From positions 8,691-72,690 of the forward strand of contig NMRA01000324.1 of NCBI GenBank assembly GCA_002633005.1: DNA of 64,000 bases. Direction: 5' to 3'. Position 1 is the stretch's first letter; every line of letters starts with the position of its first letter. Shown piece after piece: positions 47,401 through 59,741 of the stretch. Source of the stretch: Phoronis australis. Its lineage: Eukaryota; Animalia; Phoronida. Position numbers and translations under genes: made by a program. A model generated the notes under the pieces. It was not told the DNA's origin and did no database searches. It saw nothing but the letters and a program-made list of their open reading frames with translations.

Positions 47401-50400
47401 AATCTTTTCAGCAGTTTCAGCTGACCACTCTATGATTTCACCATTCAGACTTGTTGAATAGACTGACCTGAAGTTTACAATTTTATACCAGAACAAATAT
47501 CAAACAGAGAAATATAATTACTGAGCCAAGAGGCTGATATTGGCCGAAAAATCACGGTTTGTTTATTTCTAAATGCGGATAGATTCCAAACATTTAATAT
47601 CTATGAAGCAAAGAATGATGAGGCAAGTTAACATACAATTATAATTAGGCGATTTTGTATTTTCACAGCAGAAGTTTATGATGTGAATTCTATCGACTAT
47701 CTTCACATTTCAACAGGTTTTGATTCCTCTAATATGTTCTACTTTAAGGCCTTAACAGATATTCTAATTGATAGTAGCCTGATCTCTCTCAGCCATCAGC
47801 TTGATGGGCAATAATTATCCCAAGTTCATGGTAGTAAGTAAAATAAACATTAGGTCAGTTAAGTCCTGTCCACACACAGACTTATCCTAAAACAACTTGC
47901 ACTAAATGTAACTTGCCCCACTGTAAATGGAGTGTCCACAAACACACATATGCGATAACTAGCGGAAGGCAGAAGTTGTCGCTCTCTGCATGACAATGAG
48001 CAGGTGCTGCTGATGCAGCGCGCAAAAGAAGACCCATCTGTATGTACCTGCAGCTGATAATAACTACTGCCTTGCCCCAGGTTTGCAGCCACACAACGAT
48101 TAGAAGTGGCGCAAGTTACCCTACCTTGATAAGGTGGAGTAAGTTGTCACAATTAAGTGGAGTAAGTTGCACTAGTTTAAGTAGCGTCCAGACTGATCTC
48201 AAACCTAACGACAACTCATTCTAGGAGTAACTTGTTCTGGGGTAAGTCGGTGTGTGGACATCACTTAATACTGGTTAGATGTATGTAGTCATTCTAATAC
48301 CACTGAGCTCATGTATATCATTACTGTTATGTGATCACCATATGAGCAATATGAAGTCACAGACTAATGTATGTTTTAATTATGTTATGTGACTACGAAT
48401 GAATGCGATGCCAGTATTACGGGCATGGGATAATTGTACATTCTGACACGAGACAGACTGTAGTTACTAATCTTAAAAAGAGAATATCTATAAAGGCCAT
48501 AAAGCATAGATGAAATGTCGTGTTTAACACTACATGCCTAAATTTACAGCTGGATATTGGATTTCAAACCCAGGTCAATGTTAATCAGGGCCTTACTTCT
48601 TGTCATCAGACAAAGACACGTCAGACACTTGGTCAGAATGGTCCATCAACCTCTGGTGACATCGGACCGTCTGTGAGTCAATGACATACACCATCCCGTC
48701 CATACACCCTGCCCACACATTGTTTCGAACCAGAACCATTGCAATCTGAATGGACAGTAAATTAAAATTTTAAATTTAGCATGATAAAACAACTGAGCTG
48801 TGGATTAACGGCACTTGTTCAGTCATTTTCATCAGTTTACAACACAGGAGTTTCATCAATCAGCAGACATCAATCAATAGCAACAGTTCATAAATGACAC
48901 TCCTGCAGGCATTTTTACCAACAATTCACAAAAAAGTGAAATTCAACGCTCTTCGACTGTGGTGGTCATTTCATTGACGCACCACCAGAAAGTCAAAAGT
49001 TGTTTTGAAAATGCCATGTTGAAAGAATAGGAACAAGTTTAAACTCGATTGGTTTGGAGTTCTCTTTTTGACTGAAAAGAGTACTTTAAACAACTTTGTC
49101 ACCTGGACGCTCTTGTCCCCTTTGCATCTACTCATCCTTTCATCACTCTTTACCTTAACTCGTAATTATTTCAATTCATCAGAAAGCTACAATTATAATG
49201 ATTCTTAGTAAAGCCATAAAGATTCTTCTTGTTCCAGAACCGGNGCTTCGATTGCAAACAGCTAAGAAACTGTTAGGCTTGCAAACAAAACAAAAAAGTG
49301 CTGAGAAGAGAAAACCATTCGACAACCACTGGGAACTGTTAGTAAATTGAAGCTAGCATGTTCCACCAAGAGCAACAGCTTATCAAAAGTTCTAAAACAT
49401 ATTATGTAAGATATCATGTAGCTAACAATTAAAAATGGAGATGGACAACTAGTACCTGTTAATAGTATGTATCAACCATGTTCTACTGGATTTCCAGGCA
49501 TTACGCTTTACACGCCTGTTAAAAATTGCTCATACATAACAAAGAACTCAATGCAAAATGCTTGCTTACCATGGACTATTTCCAAAACAATGTATTTTCC
49601 TACCACAGTGTTGTCTGCTCTACTTACCACCATGTTCTTTGGTTCAGTGAATTCACAGTCCATGGTACACGCGCGCGCGTCATACACCTTTATCTTCCCA
49701 TAGTTCTGACCAGCCATGCCCATCCCACACCACAGCCGAGGATCTTGTTCTGAGCTGTCTGAAAACATAGTCGAAGTCAACATAGTCATTAAGGTGTAGA
49801 AAATGTAAAGTCAAACATACAGCCTTACAGGCTTAATCTAAAACATAGTTGGTTCATGAGAAGATTTATTTGAAGCTTGAATTACCCAGTAGTCTTATAC
49901 TGTAGTGATTGCATTGAAAGCTAGAGTATTATTAGCAAGGCACGAATGTTTTACACTAAATAGTTTCCATCAAAACAATATTCAAGCTAATCATTTCACC
50001 AACTTAGCTTATACAGTAAGTCTTTTAAGATAGGACCACTATGAAATGCCAGACAACTCCCAGCTTTTAAAAAATTTAAAAAAACTTTTGTAAGAGAAAT
50101 TTACAACTAAGAATGAAAAATAAAATCTAACAAGTCAACACTGCACTCTTTTAGTAAAATGTCAAAAAAACATTTCAATGTAAAGATAAGTCTAACCTCC
50201 TGGTACATAAAGCAGGCACTCGACAGCACGTTTCTCTTTCTCTCTGCTGTTGGTGTTGATACGTTCCACCAGGACGTTCTTGGTGTTCAAAGGGAGTTGG
50301 TCAGTGTGGTTCTCATGCCGCTTGGTATAATGACACAAGTTCAGGGCCGCCTTCTCAACATTAGTTGAATGAGTTGTGTAATCGTCAAACCCACTAGAAA

Positions 50401-53400
50401 AGAAATAGAAACAAATTGCTGACCAGAAATTAGCTTTATGAAGGTGATTAGTGGGATTGTTCATAAGATATAAATGAAGATATGACACAGAGAAGTCCTT
50501 GGAAAAGGCTTGTAACTGAAAATTGGATAAATATATCTAGTAGCTTATCATAATTTTTGATGATAAATTCACCACGTCACCACTAACAATGACCCCACTA
50601 ATGAATTTATTTGGCTTACTGTAGGTTTTTGAAAGCACAAATTATTGGTAGAATAAATTTTTTTGCCTGAAAATGGCCCTGACGGTTTGCTTTTGTTTTC
50701 AGGGATACATTCTCATGCATTACACAATGCCAAACATAGTATGACAAAACAAACAAGAGCAATGCGCAGTGTTCATATCCTCCTCCAATGTTTATCACAT
50801 GTAGCACACATACAAGGACTGACCATTATTTTAAACATTCCCACTAGTGGGAGCTATCTAGGAAGCAAAGAGCCTATCAGTGATACTCTCAGTAGGAACA
50901 CACCTGTCATCGTCTCCTTAACGGAAACCTTGCCAAAATATACAAGTATTGAAAAACTAAAATTGCTAATAAGGAGCACAACAGTAGAGATATGCCTTCC
51001 AAAATCATCACCATCAGTCATGTTTACCAGGAACAAACGAAAATTAGTGTCAACACTGTTCTTTTCAGTAGAGAACACATCTGCCATTTTCATGATTCTT
51101 AGAGCAGTTTGGAAGACAGACAAGTGAACATGGCTACTTAATGGCACAATATATTGTATCCATTCAAATATGGAAAGGCATCACCATCTCCTTAATGGCA
51201 CAATATATATTGTATCCATCCAAATATGGAAAGGCATCACCACCTCCGAGTCCTTAATAGACTTATATTTGCTACATTTCATAAAAACCTGTCAAAGAAC
51301 GCTAATACAGAAGCAAGCACGAAAAAAATAAAATTGCCACTAGGTGGCACAGCAGTTGACTAATCAGTCTGAAAGTTACCGCCATCTGTTGTCATACACT
51401 TGCCAAATTTGACAATGATCTTGTAAGGGGTTTCAGAGATACAGCTGCGAATGCCAACAAGCTGGCCGGACTCCAGAGAGCAATGATGGCAGAATGCAAC
51501 CACACATACAGATGAGGGCGCATGAGAATCATTCAAAAATTTGACTACTTGACTATATGTTGCCCAATAAGGATGGTTTGGTTGTTGACTGTAAACAAGC
51601 GTAGTCCCTATGGGAATGTCCTTTATCATGAGAGATGAAATACAGTTTAACAACATAGTCAGACAACAGGAAGATGGTTTTATCAAGATTTTGCAGGATT
51701 TTTTAAAAAAAAATTGGTCAACAGCTTAATTACCAGACTCCAAACTGTCCAATGTCGAGGTTTGACTGACTCGAAATTCTGATTTGGGATCCAAGTTTAA
51801 AATGTCAGACGTGAAATGAGATAATGACCAGACCGTTAAGGTTTGAATTTCAAACGAAACACTTCACTGACTGTTGATACAGTTTTTCCACTCGAAATCT
51901 TGAATACTCTAACCAGTGAATACTAGTGTATCATAGTACAATTATAGTGCAATTTTAGAATATCATTCATCCTGGCTTCAAAGTGTCATAACAAGAGCAT
52001 TTTTAGCATGTGCACCCAATGTTATACATAACATCATAAATTATTTGCTGCTGGGAAATGGAGTTCTAAAAAATCTTGGCAGTGAAAGAGTTAAAGGAAA
52101 GTGATTACTGCCTGACAACTTGAGCATGAATTTTAACTCATAATTTATTCTAACGTTTTCAATAACATAGTGTGGCTTGTGAAACAGGGAATGTTAATTT
52201 TTTTCTCTCTACCTTCGAATGACAGCGTCAATCAAGAGCACATTCTGAGCAGCCTGTTGAATGACTCCAGGTTCCTTAACTTCTTCTGCTATTATCTTGC
52301 CACACCACATCTCCTTGACCAGTAAATACCAGCAGTTTCGCTCCTCTTTCAACCACGCATTAAATGGTGGTTTGTGCTTGTCTAAAACACATTACAAAAA
52401 AATATGATCATAAACCATAACTTAAACAAAATGCTTACGATATAATCTTACCAATTTAGAACACTATTACTGACAGCTGAATTTTTCTTTTCTAATGTTT
52501 CCATATGAGATATAGAGCACAAAATTAATATTTTATCATGTTTAAGTTCTGTATTATATTTACCACGATCACGCAATTTTTGAAAACAAAGCAAAACCTT
52601 GTTTACATAAACTGGATATCTCCCAGCATGCAAAGCTAATGTGTGCAAGCTTTATAATCATGACTCAATCAAATCGAACACAAAAACAGCCATGGAGCAG
52701 AGTGTTATTTCCAAAAGAATAATAGACAGCTTGGACCATTTTTCTAATAAATAAAAGCATAATATTACCAGAATTCCCCCACCCCAAATGCATAATTCTT
52801 GGAGCTTAAGCACAAGTCTGCTTTTCAATCTGACCACAGATGCCAGTTTGCAGAATACAACATCTGAGGGAAGAAAATTAACTAACTACAGAGATCACTG
52901 GGCAGATATAATTAACTGACCACAGAGGTCACTAGGCAGATGTAATTAACTGACCAGAGGTCACTAGGCAAATATAATTAACTGACCACCGAAGTCACTT
53001 GGCAGATATAATATCTAAGACAAGAGGACAGTAAATTAACCAAATGATTAGTGAGCAACATTTTATACCTAATCATAGCTCGCAAGTTAAACATGGATGC
53101 CAACTTAAAAAATGAATTGCAGACAGATGAGAGCTTTGCGTTATGGTGGCAGAAATGTCTTGCTGTTCATGGCACAAAATATTAACTGCAGAGTCTGTTT
53201 TAACCCCTTCAAATGACCATCAGTGTAATGATCCTTGGTTTATATAATCAAATTAACACGTTCAAGCAAGACCTGATAACATCTGATAATACCATGTTAT
53301 AACCAGAACACTTTAGTCCAGTGACACAGCCAGGCCTATTAAAAGACTGGCTGTGAAGAGATTGTCACAAGTTTACCATCAGCCTATACAAAGCTCACTG

Positions 53401-56400
53401 CTTTTCCTTTTCAATGTAATTTGTCAGTTATAGTTATCATGGTTTGTGACATGCGTTGTCAGTTATGGTTACCAAGGCGTGTAATATACATTGTCAGTTA
53501 TAGTTACCATGGTGTGACATACATTGTCAGTTATAGTTACCATGGTGTGTGACATACATTGTCAGTTATAGTTACCATGGTATGTGATCTTCAGAACATC
53601 GATGGTGCGGAAAACCCAAGTAAGCTGATGCTTCTCAACGGCTTTGATATCCCTGAGTAAAGCAACGTCGGAGTATTTCTGCGTCCCATCTTGTAGAAAA
53701 AATAGTCTGCAATGAAAAGCTGACAATGGAAACTACACTGAATGGAGCATTTACAAAGATCAACACACAGTTTACCACCTTCTAATTTTCATAGCATATC
53801 AGTCAATTTCAAAATATGGAGAAAAATGATTGCAGCCTACAAAAATGTACTAACATTTTCCTGTCTCAGATATTTTATGACAGCTTACTACCAAATAACC
53901 GAATAACACATCCAAGCAAGATAACCGGATAACATTTTCAGCTTAGTAACTTCTTGCAAGATAACTGGACAACACATTCATGCTCACCTTTTCTGTGTTA
54001 GTCCTAGGCGGCCATTACCCAAGTCAGTGCCCACCAATCCAGACACCTTGAGAATACATTCACTGTAGTCTAACTTTCCCTCTTCAATGCGTAAGTCATG
54101 ACACTGGGTCTCATTGTCCTTCCAACATTCATAGAACTCTTTAAAGGTCTCAGAGTCTAGCTCTAACAACAGAAATACAAAACTTCCATCAATCACATCA
54201 GTCTATAATCATGATATTCAAATATTCAGCGTACATTCCGAAACAATGAATGGTGTTTTGTTAAATACTGATATTTCATAGTCACTTAACAGCTTTAATG
54301 GACCAGTTCTCCAAAATGGGATTTTTCATGTTGGCACGGCAGCAACTGGCTTTGTCATTGACACATCTTCGCAGCAGGAAATTTATGGAACAGAGTGTCC
54401 TTGATTATCAGTAGAACTTTCAAAAGCTTTGCCTGTTTACATAAAGCATTGGTACATCCCACCACATAGCACTGGAAATTTGCCAAAATTATGATAAGAG
54501 GAAGGTGTTGATACCAGTAGGATGAAACCTCCCGTCTGCATTGCACAGGATATGTTGGTGGTCTTGAACGCCTGTCCACCAAAGACCTGATTGCTGTCTG
54601 GAGAAATGATGAATTTCAATATGGTGCGGCTAATTCTAAAGTCACCTTTTGACAGTGAGATCAACACCAGGTGTCATTTTGAACAGCAATTGTCCCAAGT
54701 TCATTGTAGTAAGAAAAATAAACAAAGTCAATAACACTATCATCATATTCTAGTCACCTAACAAAATATATACAATAAGGAAGTTAAGTGTAAATGGAAT
54801 GCCATAGATTATAGACAACAGATTCGCAACTCCCGACATTCTTTTACATAGTATCCTAGAGGAGGCGCCACTCTCATAAATTATCTGTTTCAGTTTCTGG
54901 TTAGTGTATTGTGACGGGAAATTCTTGCATCTATTTTACTGTCCAGTACAACGATAAAAATAATAATTTCGACAATGAAACGCTGTTCAAAGTCTTCCAA
55001 TAGTATTGTGAGTACTTTTAGCAATGTTACTACCACCCGACCACACAACAGCCGACTATGATTAGCAGACAACGTACTTGACGGAAATAAAACTCGATAA
55101 TATGGCCAGGTGTCGCTTGTAATAATGACGTAATGGCTTGTGTGTAAGAGGAGGCAGTGTGGCCTGGTTGATAAGTGCCCGTTTTCTTCACTCGACGTCG
55201 CGGGTTCGAGTCCCACCATGTCACACTGCTAAACCCTTGAGCCAGGTTTCTAGCTCCTCAGCTCGGTTTTAACCATATATTAATAAAGTATAAAAAATAT
55301 TAATTCCAGGTGATCAGTGCAATGGGCCCACATGCGAGGCCTGCGCACGTCTGGTACAACGTGTATCAGACTGCCTGCAATTATTTTTTTATTTTGTGTG
55401 TAAGAGCACAGATTTCGTCCATTGAAAATATACAGAGTTGGCGGTCCATGTACTATAGTCAATGGTTTAACAAATCACGTCTTCAAGAAAAGTTGCTACC
55501 AAAATACTCCAAACAAAGGACAGGCAGATAACTGAACAAAAGAAGGATAAATCGAGCTAATCAATCAACTGAGCATCTCACCTGATAACTATCATCCCGT
55601 TTTTTTACAAAAATTTGCAGAACTGACGACACTAATACCTTTATGTTATCTCATTGCACTAGTCTGTAAATTCGGACCATATAATTTCATCCTATTTTAC
55701 TGTAACTGGGCATGAGAAACAAACAAAAAAACAAATGTGCGAAAGAAAGAGTGAAATATGATGCGGCAGATAGTTTTAGTTACAACATTAATGTCGTTGT
55801 TAAACCAAGATTTGGACAGAAAGTGACTGAAAAGAATTCTTATGAGCAAAAATACTATTGTTATTAAAAATGTCTAACACACTAATAAAGATGAAACAAC
55901 TTCATTTACTCATGTCTGCTTATGTCTTCACACAAACTTGTACAAAGTTATAGAACAATGAATAATTAATTTGATCAAAGAATTTCAGACAAGTATACGA
56001 ATGGGTATGTACCAAACAACCATAGTACTCTGCCTTCAACTATAACTATGCCTTATGAATGAATCTCACCAAAAGCAAACCAGAACATTGCCTTTAAAAG
56101 GTCATTTTTAAAGTAAATAAATATGACATTGAATTTGTCTACTCACTATCTTCCTCCCCCAGAGTGAGTGAGTGAAACAACCTCTCAATGGTATCCTGGT
56201 CAGCGACTATGTCCAGCTTACGGACGCATTCAACAAAGGCGTGCTTGTCTGCAAGACATTTGAATAAAATAATCAGACCAATGTTCATGTCAAACTTCAA
56301 GCTATGTTATCAGGTACCAACTATACTTGGCGCACACTCCAGTTTACTTAATATTTCAAAACTTTATTAACTTAAGGGTTAATGTAGCTGAACCCTATGG

Positions 56401-59380
56401 AAAAGCCTGAGTGTACACTTAGCTAAATATCTAACTTAGCAAAGTATATATTCACTGTAAGTAGAAATTTTGTAGAACTTTAATTCTGACTTTATACCAA
56501 ACTGCTACTAATTAGGTCATGTGACCTTGTCTTTTTAGGAACATTTAGCAAAAAAAAGTACAATCATAGCAAAACAACAGGATCAATGACATGAACAAAT
56601 TTCTCACGGCATAAATGTTCAAAATAAAATCTCAAAAATATTGCTATAGCTTCTAAATTATTGTTTCATTTTTTGTTCTAAAGCAACGTTAACATTATTT
56701 CATAAAATCGTTCAAGTTCTATTTTTGATAGCCCCTCATGCAAAAGTTGAACATTTTAAAAGCAATTCCCACAAACATTTTAGAGAATAGTGTATAAAAC
56801 ATACTTTCTGGAAGTTTCAAGTGAACTGGATCAGCCACTTCTGAGATACAATGTTGCAAACTTGGCCAAAATTGGAATTTTTCTACAAAACCTTAAACAA
56901 TGATTCTCAAAAAAGTTTGTAACACATATCGCAACCAAGCCTAGTGGAAGAAAACTAAAAAGCCAACCACTTTTACCAAGATGAAGGTCAAGATTAGAGC
57001 TCAGAGGCAATATGTAGAATGCAGGTACAAACTCAGTGAACACTGTAACATTACTTATAAGTTGCCTTTACAAACTGCACCCCACTCATTCCCATCACAT
57101 ACAGACAGTGTATTACCACTCTTTGAATTTTTAATGCAATAAACCTAGTCTGGTGTGAATAATTACAGGTGCAGCACTTTCTAACATAGATTGACATGGC
57201 AAAACATGAAACTTGACCAAATTTATTGAGACTTTTATCACATGAATTTGAGAAATTCACATTGAAAGCAAGCTACTCACTGACAGCTTTTTCTGGTACT
57301 TTATCAAACTCTATCTTGACTGTCTTCATTTCAGCCGTGTTGTCCGTCAGAAGTCTCAGTTTCCTCCAAGAGTGGTAGAACTCCATATGTTCCAATTCTT
57401 CCTTTTGTTTTGGAGTCAGTTGTTCAATAATGTCTCTCACAACACTAAAATATAAAGAAATAACAGATCAGCTCATAACTAGCACTATTTGCCATACATA
57501 GACCGTCAAGACATTCAGTACCAGTACTATCTACTATTTATGAACCCCCATGGCATCGCTTACTGTTGTCATGGAAGCCAGGTACAGTTAATTAACAAAA
57601 AATGACTGACATGTTGGATTTCACATCTTAATAAAAATGTTGGATTGTTAACCAGTTGGTACTGTAAAGAAGTAAAACAATTGCACAATCGGTGAAAATG
57701 TTTAGCAATTATTTTTCATGCAAAAATTACCAAAGGATTGCTGTAACAACAATCAATCCCATGTAATGACAAGAACACAGTGAGCCAGCTCTAACAACCA
57801 ATCATAATGTCAAGAACACAGTGAGCCAGCTCTAACAAACAATAAATATTCATAATTACACTATTCGTGGCTGGCTACACACAAGAGGGATTACAGTGGT
57901 TCCGTCATATTTGAACACAAAATTTGTTTCTATTCACAACAATACCACAGCGTTCAGTATTTTATGTTGAGAAAACTAAATGCCCGAAATATTCAGCCCT
58001 TTCACCATTATAGCACTAGTTTGGCAGACAACCAAACCTGGTGATTTGTTCAGTGCCCTCGAGTCTTTGAAATGGCAACACTGCGCTTTTGAAATAAAAA
58101 TTTTCTGTCTAAAAACGGGACGGCCATGCACATGGGCCATGAAAATCACATGTCCTGGTATTTAGGCACACAGTGTGCGCTAGACACACAGTGTGCGCTA
58201 GACAAATAAATATGTGCTCACATGTTGCTGGGACATCTGTCCTTCAGACTTTGGAAACGTCAACATCAAACAAGCAACCATTATGCATGCGTTAATCTGA
58301 GAAATTTCTCCATAGATATGACTTTGTTTCACTTACATTCTTTTGTGCCATGCCTCGAAGTCATGAGAAATTCACTACCCAACATCAGGTTTTTCAAACG
58401 ATGCACCCCACAAGTTCATTGAAACATTTAGTACTGAATAGCCAGCAGTTGTATGGAAAGGTTAATGTAACAGTACAACTCATAGCCAGCAGCTGTATGG
58501 AAGGGTTATTGTAACAGTACAACTCATAGCCAGCAGCTGTATGGAAGGGTTATTGTAACAGTACAACTCATAGCCAGCAGCTGTATGGAAGGGTTATTTT
58601 AACAGTACAACTCATAGCCAGCAATTGTATGGAAGGGTTAATGTAACAGTACCACTCACAGACCATGAGGACTCCTCAAGTGAAAACAAAGCTGGAAACA
58701 TTTCCGGGAGTGTTTAGTTAATGACGGGTAATGTTAATGTTCCCATAAATTTATCAACAAGGTGAGTGGAAATATGCGTAAACTGAAGTATCATTTATTT
58801 CCAATTTCTGGCAAAATTTGCCATCCACTGAGACAGGTAAACAAAAACACATAAGTCAAGTTGCCTCATAGTTTCTAAATAAAATGTATGACTGAGCCTG
58901 TCTAAGCCTGCAAGCTGTGCTTGGGAAATCTTCACACGATAACAAAGATGGCTGGTAATGACTGTAATGGCAGCAAAATTCAAATTAAGGCTCAGCCACG
59001 TTACTAACTTCCCCTTATTTTCCTTCATTCTCGGTCATGGGGAAAAACTACTTCCATCCAGCCATCATGACAGGGAATTCTGGGTCATTTTGTCTGAATA
59101 CTTTTGGCACATACTGTACTTACTGTTCAAAGCATTGCATCAGTTTACTTAAAGATGTACTGAACAATGACTACAGATTCACTATATCAATATGAATGCC
59201 TTCAGAAATAAAGAAATTTCAGCTCATTTAGTAAATACATTACTCTCTGTCTACAAGCCGTGCATCAGTCGAGTACAGAGTATTGAAGGTTTTCAGTCCA
59301 TCAAGTGGTGTCCCCTGAGCAACTTCTATCATGCCTTGCAGGAGCAGATAGGAGCCACGCAAGGAGGACGACTTGCAGTC
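44127..59380 (-). CDS. DENND3: DENN domain-containing protein 3-like (Rab12 GEF family), C-terminal 13 exons (PHenn/GRAM-like region plus WD40 propeller); 5' part not found in window
   Basis: In-frame GT-AG exons encode TIERLFHSLT..LDSETFKEFYECWK, GLTQKRLFFL, WYLLVKEMWCGK, QQAAQNVLLIDAV, LLYVPG, PRLWC, IWVGSK and AHSDTVRCMCLAEDKYVITGSG, collinear with the vertebrate DENND3 C-terminus as I recall it. Confidence 0.92.
44442..44551. repeat. 41-bp tandem repeat, ~2.7 copies
   Basis: ttcaacagcagagatgcaatatRaacacaWgtaatgaagcc. Confidence 0.9.
45725..45853 (-). CDS. DENND3: DENND3 exon (WD40 region)
   Basis: VWAGCKSQPRIVVWD...CRGIASLKQVHDK. Confidence 0.9.
45981..46212. repeat. 39-bp minisatellite, 6 copies
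   Basis: tcatgtgtggcagtgtagcggttgactgaactcacaacg. Confidence 0.95.
46779..46900 (-). CDS. DENND3: DENND3 exon (WD40 region)
   Basis: MKTEIRILRRDGGLITTLKY...FIVTSKRE; phases match neighbours. Confidence 0.87.
47331..47467 (-). CDS. DENND3: DENND3 exon (WD40 region)
   Basis: SVYSTSLNGEIIEWS...LTSIRCVDDTLYC. Confidence 0.9.
47862..48265. mobile_element. PIF/Harbinger-like MITE
   Basis: TIRs agtcctgtccacacacagactta / taagtcggtgtgtggacatcact, flanked by TTA and TAA. Confidence 0.7.
48597..48745 (-). CDS. DENND3: DENND3 exon (WD40 region)
   Basis: IAMVLVRNNVWAGCMDGMVYVIDS...LMDHSDQVSDV. Confidence 0.92.
49628..49758 (-). CDS. DENND3: DENND3 exon (WD40 region)
   Basis: SSEQDPRLWCGMG...GKIKVYDA. 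Confidence 0.9.
50197..50393 (-). CDS. DENND3: DENND3 exon
   Basis: GFDDYTT...AALNLCHY...AVECLLYVPG. Confidence 0.92.
51290..51525 (-). mobile_element. Short diverged HINE-like fragment
   Basis: aaaattgccactaggtggcac and gtttcagagatacagc match the family repeat unit on the minus strand. Confidence 0.5.
51643..52094. mobile_element. TTAA-bounded non-autonomous DNA element, related to 43493-44014
   Basis: Shared termini and internal blocks with the 43493 copy. Confidence 0.5.
52213..52381 (-). CDS. DENND3: DENND3 exon
   Basis: FNAWLKEERNCWYLLVKEMWCGK...QQAAQNVLLIDAVI. Confidence 0.93.
52875..53012. repeat. ~34-bp tandem repeat, 4 copies
   Basis: taattaactgaccacagaggtcactaggcagata. Confidence 0.9.
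53422..53588. repeat. 35-bp tandem repeat, 5 copies, overlapping a DENND3 splice donor
   Basis: tgtcagttatagttaccatggtgtgtgacatacat. Confidence 0.93.
53576..53706 (-). CDS. DENND3: DENND3 exon
   Basis: LFFLQDGTQKYSDVALLRDIKAVE...VLKITYH. Confidence 0.9.
53988..54162 (-). CDS. DENND3: DENND3 exon
   Basis: LDSETFKEFYECWKDNE...GNGRLGLTQK. Confidence 0.93.
55150..55362 (+). mobile_element. tRNA-derived SINE (same family as 22957)
   Basis: A box-like tggcctggttg, B box ggttcgagtccc, shared tail ttccaggtgatcagtgcaatgg...cacgtctggtacaac. Confidence 0.8.
56147..56248 (-). CDS. DENND3: DENND3 exon
   Basis: KHAFVECVRKLDIVADQDTIERLFHSLTLGEED. Confidence 0.9.
57281..57444 (-). CDS. DENND3: DENND3 exon
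   Basis: VVRDIIEQLTPKQKEEL...FDKVPEKAV; phases match neighbours. Confidence 0.85.
58437..58659. repeat. 44-bp tandem repeat, 5 copies
   Basis: atagccagcagctgtatggaagggttattgtaacagtacaactc. Confidence 0.95.
59244..59380 (-). CDS. DENND3: DENND3 exon (most 5' found)
   Basis: DCKSSSLRGSYLLLQGMIEVAQG...FNTLYSTD. Confidence 0.85.
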
Positions 59381-59656
59381 CTGAAATAAGAAATTTGTAA
59401 ATCTCTCAACATATTTCACACTACAAACTACATCATTCTGGATACTGGCAGTGATTTCAAAAAAGATTCAAGTGAAATAATAAGAGGAGATTACTCCTAG
59501 ACAATTTTGTAATAATAAAAATCATTCATCTAAAGGTAATTTAAGAAAGACACACACACACATATATATATATATACGCATATATATATATATATACTAA
59601 GAGAACTATACAGATCCGGGGCATTTTTATATATGAGACCTTTACTGTGGGGTTAC

Positions 59657-59741
59657 NNNNNNNNNNNNNNNNNNNNNNNNNNNNNNNNNNNNNNNNNNNN
59701 NNNNNNNNNNNNNNNNNNNNNNNNNNNNNNNNNNNNNNNNN
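59657..59741. other. Assembly gap
   Basis: Run of N. Confidence 1.

Noticed and set aside
50663-51147. 154-aa and 97-aa overlapping ORFs
   Set aside because: Intronic, no recognisable domain, and flanking DENND3 exons join in frame without them.
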